A stretch of DNA of 64,000 bases from an uncultured delta proteobacterium (GCA_963816395.1 CAWFKQ010000006.1:224001-288000), one strand, 5' to 3'. Counted from the stretch's first letter, positions 1 to 13,818 are shown. The notes: generated by a model from the letters alone, not told the origin. A program made the numbers and translations.

Positions 1-110
1 TTTCCCCGACCTGGTTTGATCCGATCCTTTCTGCCAGGCCGTTGAGTTTTGATATACTTTCTATAGAAGAATAACGGCAACTGCTGAAGTTGAGGGGAAG
101 GAGAATGAAC

Positions 111-326
111 ATGGAAAAAGACCGCTACCTATACATGTGCGACAAGGCCGAGGAAGGCCGGGAAGACATCTTCGTGAACCATCCCGCTACCAGTGAAGGA
201 GGGATGGTTCTGACGTGCGACCTGGATCAGTTGGTGGTGAAGACGAGTGAAGGCAAGGAGCGCCATTGGGATTACCGGGAATGCGAAGAGACGCTCAGCC
301 GCCGCGAGATCTTTCCTTACCGATAA
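111..326 (+). CDS. small hypothetical protein (71 aa)
   Basis: AAGGAG RBS 7 nt before ATG111, open frame, followed by a terminator hairpin. Confidence 0.7.
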   Translation: MEKDRYLYMCDKAEEGREDIFVNHPATSEGGMVLTCDLDQLVVKTSEGKERHWDYRECEETLSRREIFPYR

Positions 327-346
327 TTGTTCCCAGAAGTTCAATG

Positions 347-380
347 CGAAAAAAAGGCGCCGTTCGCGGCGCCTTTTTCG
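347..380. terminator. bidirectional intrinsic terminator
   Basis: AAAAAAAGGCGCCG-TTCG-CGGCGCCTTTTT, with T runs on both strands. Confidence 0.85.
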
Positions 381-572
381 ATGGGCTCTCCACTCCTACC
401 GTGGGTCGCAAGACCTCATAGCGAGTTCTCACTAAGTGGGAACGCCGGGGGGCGAATTAGGCGTCCCAATCGAGTTGGGCTGGCACACAACACCTCGGAA
501 GGCATCCCCGTTTTTGACCACTGTTCCGCTTGGGCGTTCTGACCTCACCTGTAGGGCAGAGAGTACTGTGTC
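381..572 (-). ncRNA. 6S-like rod-shaped ncRNA with central bubble
   Basis: Nested complementary segments 386-390/559-563, 395-399/551-555, 401-407/541-548, 420-423/527-530, 438-446/501-509, 465-469/475-479; own sigma70 promoter and terminator; G-U pairs form only on the minus strand. Confidence 0.6.
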
Positions 573-578
573 ACCAAC

Positions 579-607
579 AGTATAGGAAAAGATCCCTTCC
601 CAGACAA
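579..607 (-). promoter_or_regulatory. sigma70 promoter of the 6S-like RNA
   Basis: Minus strand TTGTCT-17 nt-TATACT. Confidence 0.7.
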
Positions 608-689
608 GAGGAAACTTGGAGGAAACTTGCTCGGTGGCAAGCGCAGGTCGCTTCCCCTTCTGCCGGAGCAGGCCTGCCCGGAAATTCAG

Positions 690-809
690 CGAGGGGACGA
701 CCTCGGGTTGTATATCTGCCGGAACATCATCGCCGAGCACGAGGGGCGGCTGCAGTTGAGGACCGTGGCAGGAAAGGGCGCGACTTTTTCCGTCGTTCTG
801 CCCATGTGA
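690..809 (+). pseudogene. orphan C-terminal fragment of a histidine kinase HATPase domain
   Basis: LGLYICRNIIAEHEGRLQLRTVAGKGATFSVVLP (G2 box to C-terminus); no upstream kinase sequence. Confidence 0.65.
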
Positions 810-913
810 GGTTTTGCCCGCGGAATGTTCAGGTGATTGAGGGGCTGCGGATTAAATAGGCACCAACTTCCGGATAACCAGGAAAAGTCCTTGAAAAAAG
901 AGAACGTACGTTT

Positions 914-929
914 TGGCACAGCCTATGCT
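914..929 (+). promoter_or_regulatory. sigma54 (-24/-12) promoter of glnK-amtB
   Basis: TGGCACAGCCTATGCT, exact GG-N10-GC spacing, upstream of nitrogen genes. Confidence 0.85.
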
Positions 930-994
930 TTACATAGGGCAGTAACGGCGCAGACCACTCACTGCGCCGCCTGAAGGCGAACCACGATCCTGCC

Positions 995-1445
<451 letters not shown>

Positions 1446-1507
1446 CAACCCGGGGCAAAGCTTTTTCAGGAAACCTACTTATAAAAGCTGATCAAGGAGG
1501 TACGAAC

Positions 1508-2909
1508 ATGAAAAAATCCCTTTTCCTCGCGGCACTTGGCATGTTGCTGCTGCTGCCGGTTCTGAGTCTGGCAGCGGCAGAGGCCCCCGTCACTCCCGAG
1601 ACCGTTCAGATCAACCTTAATTTCGTCTGGACCCTGGCTGCCGCCTTTCTGGTCTTCATCATGCAGGCCGGCTTCGCCATGGTTGAATCAGGGTTCACTC
1701 GCGCCAAGAACGCCTGCAACATCATGATGAAGAACCTGATGGATTTCTGCATCGGCTCCATCGGATTCTGGGCGGTCGGCTTCGGCCTGATGTTCGGGGT
1801 CGGCACCAGCTTTTTCGGCCGCAGCGATTTTTTCCTCAACGGCGCCGTTGGTGACGGGCGGTCCCTGGAACTACGCCTTCTGGATGTTCCAGGTAGTCTT
1901 CGCCGCCACGGCCGCAACGATCATCTCCGGGGCGGTCGCCGAGCGCACCAAGTTCAGCGCCTACTGCGTCTATTCCTTCTTCGTCTCGGCACTGATCTAT
2001 CCGATCTTCGGCCACTGGGCCTGGGGCAATCTCTATCATGGCGATGCCGCCATCGGCTGGCTGGCCAACCTCGGCTTCATCGACTTTGCCGGGTCCACCG
2101 TTGTGCACTCCATGGGCGGTTGGCTCTCCCTGGCCGGGGCCATCATCGTCGGACCGCGGATCGGCAAGTACGGCAAGGACGGCAAGGTAAAACCGATTCC
2201 CGGCCACAATATCCCGCTGGCCTCCCTCGGCGTCTTTCTCCTCTGGTTCGGCTGGTACGGTTTTAATCCCGGCTCCACCACCGCCGGTACGCCGCAGATC
2301 GCCATCATCGCCGTGACCACCACCCTGGCCGCCGCGGCCGGCGCTGTCTCCGCGTTGCTCTTCACCTGGTTCAAATATGGTAAGGCCGACGTTGGCATGA
2401 CCCTCAACGGCGCCCTGGCGGGCCTGGTCGCCATCACTGCCGGCTGCGCCAACGTTTCGCCGACCTCTTCCGTTATTATCGGTCTGCTTGCCGGTGTTCT
2501 GGTTATCATCTCGGTGCTGTTTTTCGACAAGATCCATGTCGACGATCCGGTCGGGGCGATCTCCGTTCACGGCGTTTGCGGGGCCTTCGGCACCTTGTCG
2601 GCCGGGATCTTCGACTCGGCCGGGTTTTCCCTCCATACCGTTGGCGTGCAGCTTATCGGCATCGGTAGCTGCTTTGTCTGGGCCTTCGGGAGCGGTCTGG
2701 TCCTCTTCAAGCTCATCGACCTGACCATCGGTATGCGGGTTTCCGAGGAAGAGGAATTGGCCGGCCTCGATTTCGCCGAGCACGGTGCTTCCGCCTATCC
2801 CGACTTCCAGACTGTGCACCTGGGAAGCATTTTTACCCCTGGCGGGGACCTGGGGGGGAAACAGTCGGTCGCTGGGGAGAAGATTTCTCGCCCGGTGCCC
2901 CAGTCCTGA
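1508..2909 (+). CDS. amtB: ammonium transporter (frameshift near 1855, probable sequencing error)
   Basis: FIMQAGFAMVESG, DFAGSTVVHSMGG, WFGWYGFNPGS, DDPVGAISVHG across two frames. Confidence 0.95.
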
Positions 2910-2956
2910 TAAAACTTCCATGCAGGTTTTAAAACCCTCACAAAGGAGAAGGTAAG

Positions 2957-3685
2957 ATGAAGAAATGGAACCTGGTTCTCATTGCCATGGTGCTCTCCAC
3001 CCTCAGCCTGGCACCGGCCGCCCGGGCCGCTATTGAAGTGAGCGGCGACGCCTACGCCGGTCTGTACAATAAATATCTCTGGCGCGGCTTCGATCTCAGC
3101 GGCGGCAAAGGCGTCGTCCAGGGGGGAGTGGATCTGAGCGCCAAGGGGCTTACCCTCAGCTACTGGACCAACCTGCAGCTCAAGGATGCCGACGGGCTCG
3201 ATTCCGGTGAGGCAACGGAAACCGACATCACTCTGGACTATACGCTCGCCGTCAACGATCTTGTTTCCCTGAGTCTCGGCAACATCTTCTATCAACTGGA
3301 TGGGATTCCGGACACCAACGAACTGTACCTGGGGGCCAGCCTGAACACCACTCTCAGCCCCAGCTTCAAAGTGTACTATGACTGGGACGAGGCGAACGAA
3401 GATGGCCTCTTTCTGTCCGCCTCCATCGGCCACACCTTCCAGGTGATGGAAAATCTGGGCATCAATCTCGGCGCCCTGGTCAGCTTCAATCAAGACAGCG
3501 ATTATGCCGTCGGCGATTATTCCGGCTGGCACAACTATGAGCTGAGCGCCAGCGCCGATTATGCCGTTACCGATCACCTCAGCATCAGCCCCATCGTCCT
3601 CTACTCCGCGCCGATCAGTTCCGCTGCCAAGGATGCCATTGACAGCCAGTGGCTGACCGGGATCAATCTATCCCTCACCTTCTGA
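2957..3685 (+). CDS. TorF-like putative outer-membrane porin
   Basis: Signal peptide, KYLWRG motif, alternating beta strands, C-terminal Phe; in the glnK-amtB operon. Confidence 0.7.
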   Translation: MKKWNLVLIAMVLSTLSLAPAARAAIEVSGDAYAGLYNKYLWRGFDLSGGKGVVQGGVDLSAKGLTLSYWTNLQLKDADGLDSGEATETDITLDYTLAVNDLVSLSLGNIFYQLDGIPDTNELYLGASLNTTLSPSFKVYYDWDEANEDGLFLSASIGHTFQVMENLGINLGALVSFNQDSDYAVGDYSGWHNYELSASADYAVTDHLSISPIVLYSAPISSAAKDAIDSQWLTGINLSLTF

Positions 3686-3710
3686 TCGTCGATAGCTCGT
3701 TTCGAAAACC

Positions 3711-3746
3711 AAAAGCCCGCCGTCGCAGTCTGACGGCGGGCTTTCT
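3711..3746 (+). terminator. intrinsic terminator
   Basis: AAAGCCCGCCGTC-loop-GACGGCGGGCTTT. Confidence 0.8.
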
Positions 3747-3863
3747 CACTGCCGGAAAGGGACGGTCTGGTGTGCCGAAAGCGGCTTTTCGCCGGTAGGA
3801 TTTTCACCGGATCATGCTAAGGTGTGATGAAACGCTCAACCGGTATTTGAGGAGGCTTCGCTC

Positions 3864-4646
3864 ATGACCGGCACCCGCGGCAACCCGCTGTCCAGGTTTT
3901 CCCGGGGGTTTTTCTCCCCGTTTCAGGCCGGAAAATTTCTCCTGCGGCACCCTGGACTGGTTCGATTCGTTATGATTCCTTTCCTGATCAACCTCCTGGT
4001 CTTCTCGGCCGCGGTTTATCTCGGTTTTCATTTCTTCAACAGTACCGTTAGCGGCCATATCCCCAGCGGGGAGGCCTGGTACTGGGCTCTGCTCTACTAT
4101 TTCCTGTGGGTGGTTGCGGTGCTGCTGACGGCGGTCCTGGTTTTTTTTACCTTCACCGTGGTCGGAAACCTGATCGCCTCTCCTTTTAACGATCTGCTAT
4201 CCGAAAGGACCGAGGAGATTCTCGCCGGCCGCCGTATCGAGGAGAATTTCTCTTTCCGGCTGTTCTGGCGTGACGCCCGCCGGACATTCATCGAGGAAGT
4301 CAGGAAGATCGGCTTGTTCGTTGGCGGGATGATTCTGCTGCTCCTGCTCAACCTGATCCCTGTTATCGGGACCCTGCTGTATGCCTTTCTGTCGATTCTC
4401 TTCACTCTCTTTTTCCTGGTGGTCGAATATACCGGCTATGTTTTCGGGCGCAAACGCGTCCCTTTTCGCGACCAGCGCCGTTATATATTCGCCCGCCCCT
4501 TCCTGATGCTCGGGTTCGGCTGCGGCGTGCTGGCTGTTCTCGCTATTCCCTTTCTCCAGTTTCTCTGCATCCCGGTGGCGGTGGTCGGCGCCACCCAGCT
4601 CTGCTTCGAATCGCCCGGCCAAACGGAAGGAATGACCGCGTCATGA
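3864..4646 (+). CDS. EI24/CysZ-family membrane protein
   Basis: IPFLINLL, IASPFNDLLSERTE, NLIPVIG motifs; several TM segments. Confidence 0.8.
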   Translation: MTGTRGNPLSRFSRGFFSPFQAGKFLLRHPGLVRFVMIPFLINLLVFSAAVYLGFHFFNSTVSGHIPSGEAWYWALLYYFLWVVAVLLTAVLVFFTFTVVGNLIASPFNDLLSERTEEILAGRRIEENFSFRLFWRDARRTFIEEVRKIGLFVGGMILLLLLNLIPVIGTLLYAFLSILFTLFFLVVEYTGYVFGRKRVPFRDQRRYIFARPFLMLGFGCGVLAVLAIPFLQFLCIPVAVVGATQLCFESPGQTEGMTAS

Positions 4647-5416
4647 AAGAGATTCTTCTGCAGGCGGCGCGTGAAGGTGGCCGCGTATTGCTGGAAAGGT
4701 TTGGCGGCGCCCAGGCGGTGCGCCACAAGGGAGAGGTTGACCTGGTGACCGAAGCCGACCGGCTGGCCGAGCAGGCGATCGTAAAGGTATTGCGCGGGAC
4801 CTTTCCCTACCACGATATCCTGGCCGAGGAGGATGATTACGGCCGGCACGATTCCCCCTACCGCTGGATCATCGACCCTCTCGACGGTACTACCAATTAT
4901 GCCCACGGTTTCCCCTGGTTCGCCGTTTCCATCGCCCTGGAAGTGGCCGGCGAGGTTACCTTGGGCGTCGTCTATAACCCATTGAGCCGGGAGATGTTTT
5001 TCGCCGAGAGGCATCAGGGCGCCTTCCTCAATGGGGTCATGCTGCAGGTATCGCGCACCCTGCGACTGAATCAGGCACTGCTGGCGACCGGTTTTCCTTA
5101 CGACCGAAAGACCAGTTCCTGTAATAATTTCGACCATTTCATCAACTTTCAGCGGGTTGCGCAGGCCTGCCGGCGGTTCGGGGCCGCCAGCCTCGATCTG
5201 GCCTACGTCGCTGCCGGACGTTTCGATGGCTATTGGGAAATGAAACTCAAGCCATGGGATGTGGCGGCCGGCCAGCTGCTGGTCGAGGAGGCCGGGGGCC
5301 GGATCAGCGATTTCGCCGGCAGTCTGTTCGATATCTATGGCCGGGAATGCCTGGCGAGCAACGGAGAAATCCATTCCGAAATGTTGGAAGTGCTGGGGCA
5401 GGGAATGCGGCCATAG
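4643..5416 (+). CDS. suhB: inositol monophosphatase family protein
   Basis: WIIDPLDGTTNYAHG, WDVAAG. Confidence 0.9.
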   Translation: MKEILLQAAREGGRVLLERFGGAQAVRHKGEVDLVTEADRLAEQAIVKVLRGTFPYHDILAEEDDYGRHDSPYRWIIDPLDGTTNYAHGFPWFAVSIALEVAGEVTLGVVYNPLSREMFFAERHQGAFLNGVMLQVSRTLRLNQALLATGFPYDRKTSSCNNFDHFINFQRVAQACRRFGAASLDLAYVAAGRFDGYWEMKLKPWDVAAGQLLVEEAGGRISDFAGSLFDIYGRECLASNGEIHSEMLEVLGQGMRP

Positions 5417-5595
5417 CTTCGATCGAAACAGCGGCGATTCCGGGGATCATAACAGGTGGGGATTCAGAGTTTGCTTTTGGCGGTTGTATCCGGCTGCCAG
5501 TACCGGTAATATAAAAAGAAAGAGGCTATTCCCTGCCCGTCCAGGCAAGCAGTCGACGCTTGCCAGGGCTGGCAAAACTGCGGAAGGAGGTATGA

Positions 5596-5808
5596 ATGGC
5601 CGAGGTGGAAAGACGTGAACAGATGGGGTATGCGGTTTCCGACGGCTCTCTGGAGCGACTGGATGAAGACCTCAACATCATGGAAAGACATGCGGAGCAG
5701 CTGGCGGAATCCGAGGATGAAGTCAAGGAGGCCATGCGAAAATGGGACCGGGAATATAAGAACGAGCGGTTCCATAGCGTCCCTAAACCGCGCAAACATA
5801 TTCGTTAA
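5596..5808 (+). CDS. small hypothetical protein
   Basis: AAGGAGGT RBS, charged helical 70 aa ORF, terminator downstream. Confidence 0.7.
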   Translation: MAEVERREQMGYAVSDGSLERLDEDLNIMERHAEQLAESEDEVKEAMRKWDREYKNERFHSVPKPRKHIR

Positions 5809-5820
5809 CTTAGCAAGAAG

Positions 5821-5844
5821 AAAAGGCCCCGCCAGGGGCCTTTT
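5821..5844. terminator. bidirectional terminator between convergent genes
   Basis: AAAAGGCCCC-GCCA-GGGGCCTTTT. Confidence 0.8.
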
Positions 5845-5846
5845 CC

Positions 5847-6209
5847 TTATCTGTCCTGCTCTGATTCTTCCCCAGTGTCGGGCTGCGGCGGAGTAGCCAA
5901 CTTGATCGCCTCGATTTCCTCCTCCAGGGTTGCGGCCGAATTTTTATAGCTGTCCAGCTTTCTCAAGAGCGCCTGGACTTCTTCTCTTTCCAGAACGTTA
6001 CTCCCTTCTTCCCGGTACTCGTCAATCAATCGGCCGAGATCGGCATAGACGGTGGAAATTTTCTTGTGCAGAGAACCGAGATCGATTTTCTTCTGGACGA
6101 TCTGTTTGTACTGGTTGGCGCGGAAAGTGGCCGTTTGCAAGGTCTTGCGGGTGGCACCCCACATTTTTTCGGCCGATTCCCGAAGCCGCTCCGATTTCTC
6201 CTCGTCCAT
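5847..6209 (-). CDS. coiled-coil hypothetical protein
   Basis: GGAGG RBS before ATG6209; 120 aa helical ORF. Confidence 0.75.
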   Translation of the reverse strand: MDEEKSERLRESAEKMWGATRKTLQTATFRANQYKQIVQKKIDLGSLHKKISTVYADLGRLIDEYREEGSNVLEREEVQALLRKLDSYKNSAATLEEEIEAIKLATPPQPDTGEESEQDR

Positions 6210-6371
6210 TCTTATCCTCCTCAAGAGAGTAAATTAGTTGATATTTTAGCTATTTTCACGAAAAGCGTCAACCAGCGATTTCCCGGGGCTTTCCGCTTGC
6301 CCATCAGATCAACCTGGTATAAAATTTTTAATATTTTGAATGCCGGCTGCTCGCCGGGGAAAGGGAAACTC

Positions 6372-7352
6372 ATGGCCGAACCGGGTAAAACAAAATTTCA
6401 AATTGATCTGCGGCGGTTTCTGCGCGAACGCGAAGAGAACCGGGACCTCACCCGCCTGATCTGCGAAATTGCCAATGCCTCCAAGTATATCATCAATTCG
6501 ATTCGGACCGGTGACCTGGGGGTGGCGGGAACCTCCAATCTCTATGGAGAAGAGCAACTTGCCCTCGATGTGCTTTCCGACCGGATCATCCGCAAGCGGC
6601 TGACGCATTCCGGCGTAGTCGCCAATATGGTCTCCGAGGAAACCTCCGATATCATCACCGTCTCCCCCGACAGCGAAGGCAAGTATTCGGTGGCCTTCGA
6701 TCCCCTGGACGGCTCTTCCCTGGTCGATGTGAACCTGGCGGTCGGAACCATTGTCTCCATTTTTGAGGGTAGCGATATCCTCCAGCCCGGGCGCAATCAG
6801 GTGGCTGCCATGTACATCCTTTACGGTCCGCGCACCACCCTGATGCTTTCCACCGGCCGCGGCGTCCAGGAGTTTGCCATGAACCAACTCATGGAATTCA
6901 CCCTGGTGAACGAGAATGTGCGCATGGCCCCCAGCGGCAATATCTATTCGCCGGGCGGGCAACGCAATCGTTATACCCCCGGCACGGAGCGTTTCGTGCG
7001 CTATCTTGAAGAAAAGGGTTCCAAACTGCGCTACAGCGGCGGACTGGTCCCCGATATCAATCAGGTTCTGCTGAAGGGGAAAGGCATCTTTCTCTATCCG
7101 CACCTGCAGGGAGCCCCCCATGGGAAACTGCGGCTCTTGTACGAATTGAACCCGATGGCGTTCCTGGTTGAGCAGGCCGGCGGCGCCGCTTCAACCGGGC
7201 GGCAACGGATTCTCGATCTGATGCCGGAGGGAATTGAACAGCGGGCGCCGGTCTTCATCGGCTGCAAAGAGGACGTAGCATTGGCCGAGCAGTTCATCCG
7301 GGAGGAAGAAGCCGGTTCCATGGCTGGCGTAGGCCTGACCGGAATCGGATAA
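6372..7352 (+). CDS. fbp: class 1 fructose-1,6-bisphosphatase
   Basis: FDPLDGSSLVDVN, LRYSGGLVPD, GKLRLLYELNP. Confidence 0.95.
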   Translation: MAEPGKTKFQIDLRRFLREREENRDLTRLICEIANASKYIINSIRTGDLGVAGTSNLYGEEQLALDVLSDRIIRKRLTHSGVVANMVSEETSDIITVSPDSEGKYSVAFDPLDGSSLVDVNLAVGTIVSIFEGSDILQPGRNQVAAMYILYGPRTTLMLSTGRGVQEFAMNQLMEFTLVNENVRMAPSGNIYSPGGQRNRYTPGTERFVRYLEEKGSKLRYSGGLVPDINQVLLKGKGIFLYPHLQGAPHGKLRLLYELNPMAFLVEQAGGAASTGRQRILDLMPEGIEQRAPVFIGCKEDVALAEQFIREEEAGSMAGVGLTGIG

Positions 7353-7361
7353 GAGGAGAAT

Positions 7362-7402
7362 AAAAAAAGCCCGGCGAGCCTTTTGGCTTGCCGGGCTTTT
7401 TT
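7362..7402. terminator. bidirectional terminator
   Basis: AAAAAAAGCCCGGCGAGCC-TTTT-GGCTTGCCGGGCTTTTTT. Confidence 0.85.
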
Positions 7403-7416
7403 GATCAACGATCGGC

Positions 7417-7965
7417 TTATTTCAGCAGGTCTTTGACCTTCTCATAGCCAAGGTTGTAGGCTTTTTTGTTCAGCTCGATAAAGGCCTCGGGAACGCGGGC
7501 GAGGACAGCTTTTTCGCCCGCTTCACGGGTGACCACGTCGGTGAGGGCGACCATCGCCCCCAAGGCGACGACGTTGCCGACGATCTCGCGGCCGATTTCA
7601 TCCTTGGCAGTCCGGATGATGGGGAATTTATAGGTCTTGAAGTTCCCCTTCGGCTCGCGCTTCACGAAGTCGGAATCGAGCAGCAGGACCCCGCCGTCCT
7701 TGATGCCGTTGGCGTATTTGTCAGCCGATTCCTGGGTCATTGCCAGGCAGGCATCGACGACGGTTGCCTTCGGATAATCGATCGGGGCATCCGAGATGAT
7801 GACCTCGGACTTGGAGGCGCCGCCGCGGGCCTCGGGACCGTAGCTCTGGGACTGTACGGCGTGTTTCCCCTCGACGATGGACGCGGCCTCGGCGAGGATG
7901 ATTCCGGCGGTGATCAGACCCTGACCACCGGCGCCGGAGAAGCGGATTTCATAACGTTTTGCCAT
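7417..7965 (-). CDS. korC: 2-oxoglutarate:ferredoxin oxidoreductase gamma subunit
   Basis: FSGAGGQG, SYGPEARGGAS; downstream of icd-mdh. Confidence 0.9.
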   Translation of the reverse strand: MAKRYEIRFSGAGGQGLITAGIILAEAASIVEGKHAVQSQSYGPEARGGASKSEVIISDAPIDYPKATVVDACLAMTQESADKYANGIKDGGVLLLDSDFVKREPKGNFKTYKFPIIRTAKDEIGREIVGNVVALGAMVALTDVVTREAGEKAVLARVPEAFIELNKKAYNLGYEKVKDLLK

Positions 7966-7987
7966 CGCTGTATCCTCCTTTCGGTGA

Positions 7988-8810
7988 TCAGATTGCCTGG
8001 CCCTGGGCCTTGGCGATGATTTTGGCGTACTGCTCGCAGTATTCCGGCTTCTCTTCCTTGTACAGAACGCCGGTGAGTACCTTGCCCTGCAACTGTTCAG
8101 CGGTCATTTTGGCGGCCGCTGCCACCGGCACGGCCATTCTCCTTGAGCCGCTTCATCATATCGACCACCGAGCGGAATTTGTTCCGGCGGCCGTAAGTCG
8201 TGGGACAGTCGTCGAGGACCTCGATGACCGCCATCCCCTTGTGCTTGATCCCCTCGGCGATCAGCTTGTCGATCTGGGTGGCGTGAAAGGAAGTGGTGCG
8301 GGCCACGAAAGTGGCGCCGGCGCCGATAGCCAGTTTGCTGATGTCGAAGATCGGATCGGGGTTGCCGTAAGGGGTAGTGGAGGCTTTGTCCCCGGTGGGG
8401 GTGCAGGGAGAGAACTGTCCTCCGGTCATCCCGTAAATGAAATTGTTGAAGATGATGTAGGTCAAGTCGATGTTGCGGCGGCAGGCGTGGATGAAGTGGT
8501 TGCCGCCGATGGCGGTGCCGTCGCCATCGCCGCCCATGACGATGACCGACATTTCGGGCTTGGCCATCTTCACGCCGGTGGCGAAGGCGGCGGCTCGGCC
8601 GTGGGCTGTGTGCAGAGTGCAGAAATCCATGTAGCCGGGAAGGCGGCTGGCGCAGCCGATGCCGGAAACGATGGCGGTATTGTTCTTCTCCAGGCCGCAG
8701 GCGTCCATGGCACGGATCAGGCCTTTCATGACGATACCGTGACCGCAGCCGGGGCACCAGATGTGGGGCAGCTTCCCAGGACGGAGCGCCTTGTCATAAT
8801 CGTAAGCCAT
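7988..8810 (-). CDS. korB: 2-oxoglutarate:ferredoxin oxidoreductase beta subunit (frameshift near 8138)
   Basis: WCPGCGH, SGIGCASR, GGDGD TPP-binding motif. Confidence 0.9.
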
Positions 8811-9950
8811 TTACCGAACCTCCTTCACTTTAGCCATGATCTGGCCGGGATTGAGCGGCTCACCGTCAACGCGGTTGACCCCGGCGATGGTGCATGCACC
8901 CTTGGAAACCCGCTCCACTTCGAGGATCATCTGCCCGAGGTTCATTTCGGGGACGACGATCGCTTTGGCCAGTCGGGCCAGTTCGGCAACCCGTTTCTCG
9001 GGGAAGGGCCAGAGGGTAATGGGACGGAAGAGGCCCGCCTTGATTCCCTCCTTGCGCAGTTCATTAACGGCATAGCGGGCGCTGCGTGAAGTCGAGCCAT
9101 AGGCGAAGATGATGACTTCGGCATCCTCGGTCAGGTATTCCTCACTCTTCTCGATATCGGCCCGGGCCTTCTCGCCTTCCACCTTGCTGACCTGGCGGCG
9201 CTCCTCGGCATCGACATACTCGGCCTTGGTGGTAGGGAAGCCGTCCTGGGCCTTGTTCAGACCGGTGACGTGGAAGCGGTATTCCGAGCCGAAGGCAGCC
9301 AGGGGAGGCACGTCGCCGAAGGAGGTGTCATAAGGCTTGTACTGCTCGGGCGGGACGGTCGGCTTGGCGCGGTCGATTACTTCGAGCTCGCCCGGTTCGG
9401 GGAACTCGATGCGCTCGCGCATATGGCCGACGATTTCGTCATAGATGACCTGTACCGGCATGCGGTATTTCTCGGCCAGATTGAAAGCGCGCACCGTCTC
9501 GGTGAAGATCTCCTGGCAGGAAGCGGGTGCCAGGGCAATAGTGGCATGGTCACCGTGGGTGCCCCAGCGGGCCTGCATGACGTCCGACTGCCCGGGGCCG
9601 GTCGGCATGCCGGTGGAGGGGCCGCCGCGCATGACGTTGATGATGACGCAGGGGACTTCGGCGATGCAGGCATAGCCGATCAGTTCCTGCTTCAGCGAAA
9701 TACCGGGGCCGGAGGTCGCGGTGATCGCTTTGGCGCCAGTCAGGGAAGCGCCGATGACCGAGGCCATGGCCCCGATCTCGTCTTCCATCTGGATGAATTT
9801 GCCGCCCAGCTTGGGCAGTTCGTTGGAAAGAACTTCCGCCACTTCGGTGGAAGGAGTGATGGGGTAGCCGCCGAAGAACCGGGCCCCGGCGTATATGGCA
9901 CCCTGGGCGCACGCTTCGTTCCCCTGCAACAGAGCAACTTTCTTAGCCAC
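8811..9950 (-). CDS. korA: 2-oxoglutarate:ferredoxin oxidoreductase alpha subunit
   Basis: LQGNEA, GYPITPSTE, QMEDEI, ATSGPG; GTG start after GGAGG. Confidence 0.9.
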   Translation of the reverse strand: MAKKVALLQGNEACAQGAIYAGARFFGGYPITPSTEVAEVLSNELPKLGGKFIQMEDEIGAMASVIGASLTGAKAITATSGPGISLKQELIGYACIAEVPCVIINVMRGGPSTGMPTGPGQSDVMQARWGTHGDHATIALAPASCQEIFTETVRAFNLAEKYRMPVQVIYDEIVGHMRERIEFPEPGELEVIDRAKPTVPPEQYKPYDTSFGDVPPLAAFGSEYRFHVTGLNKAQDGFPTTKAEYVDAEERRQVSKVEGEKARADIEKSEEYLTEDAEVIIFAYGSTSRSARYAVNELRKEGIKAGLFRPITLWPFPEKRVAELARLAKAIVVPEMNLGQMILEVERVSKGACTIAGVNRVDGEPLNPGQIMAKVKEVR

Positions 9951-9972
9951 TGTGGTCAACCTCCTATTGGAT

Positions 9973-10197
9973 TTATTCGGTATGGACCTTGATGGCAAAA
10001 TCAGGGCACCGCAGTTCGCACTGCATGCACTTGATGCAGGCTTCCGGTCTGGCGACCTTGACGATGAAGGTTTCCATCTCCAGGACTTTGGTGGGGCAGA
10101 ACTCGACACAGATGCTGCATCCCTTGCAGTATCTCTCGATGACCTCGATCCTCGGGGTCCCAGTTTTTTTGATGGCTTCAGGTTTCGGACTGCTCAT
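9973..10197 (-). CDS. korD: 2x[4Fe-4S] ferredoxin (delta) subunit
   Basis: CKGCSICVEFCP and CIKCMQCELRCP. Confidence 0.9.
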   Translation of the reverse strand: MSSPKPEAIKKTGTPRIEVIERYCKGCSICVEFCPTKVLEMETFIVKVARPEACIKCMQCELRCPDFAIKVHTE

Positions 10198-10293
10198 TCC
10201 CCTTGATCTCCTTTGTGCGTGTTGGCCGTTCGAAATGGATTGAAAAAACTTTCCCATATTAGCGGAAAAAGGAAAGTGATGCCAGCCAATTCT

Positions 10294-10308
10294 TGTATAC
10301 AGTTACCC
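10294..10308. promoter_or_regulatory. partial copy of the TGTATAC-N-GTATACA operator upstream of korD
   Basis: TGTATACAGTTACCC, same core as at icd and acnB. Confidence 0.45.
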
Positions 10309-10393
10309 GTTCTGTAAGCGCTCGGCAATCTTCGGAGGTAGGGACGGAGTGAGGGCCGGCGATGAGAAGGGACTCCAAATGGGAGAAGAATAG

Positions 10394-10427
10394 GAAAGAA
10401 GGGCAATGTTGCCATTGCCCTTCTTTC
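10394..10427 (-). terminator. stem-loop after mdh
   Basis: 15-bp perfect stem GAAAGAAGGGCAATG/CATTGCCCTTCTTTC. Confidence 0.7.
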
Positions 10428-10447
10428 ACTCAGAACCATGGACTTCT

Positions 10448-13687
<3,240 letters not shown>

Positions 13688-13818
13688 TCAAAGGTATTCT
13701 GCCGCTCCGCTTGCGGATCGGCACATAGGAAAGGCGAAACCCGGAACACCCCGCAGGGTGCCCCGGCCATCGCCGGAAGTCCTCTGGCTGGAACAGGGGC
13801 GGGAAAAGCCCAAAAATG

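Noticed and set aside
481..496. TGGCAC as a sigma54 promoter inside the 6S-like RNA
   Set aside because: No GC at the -12 position.
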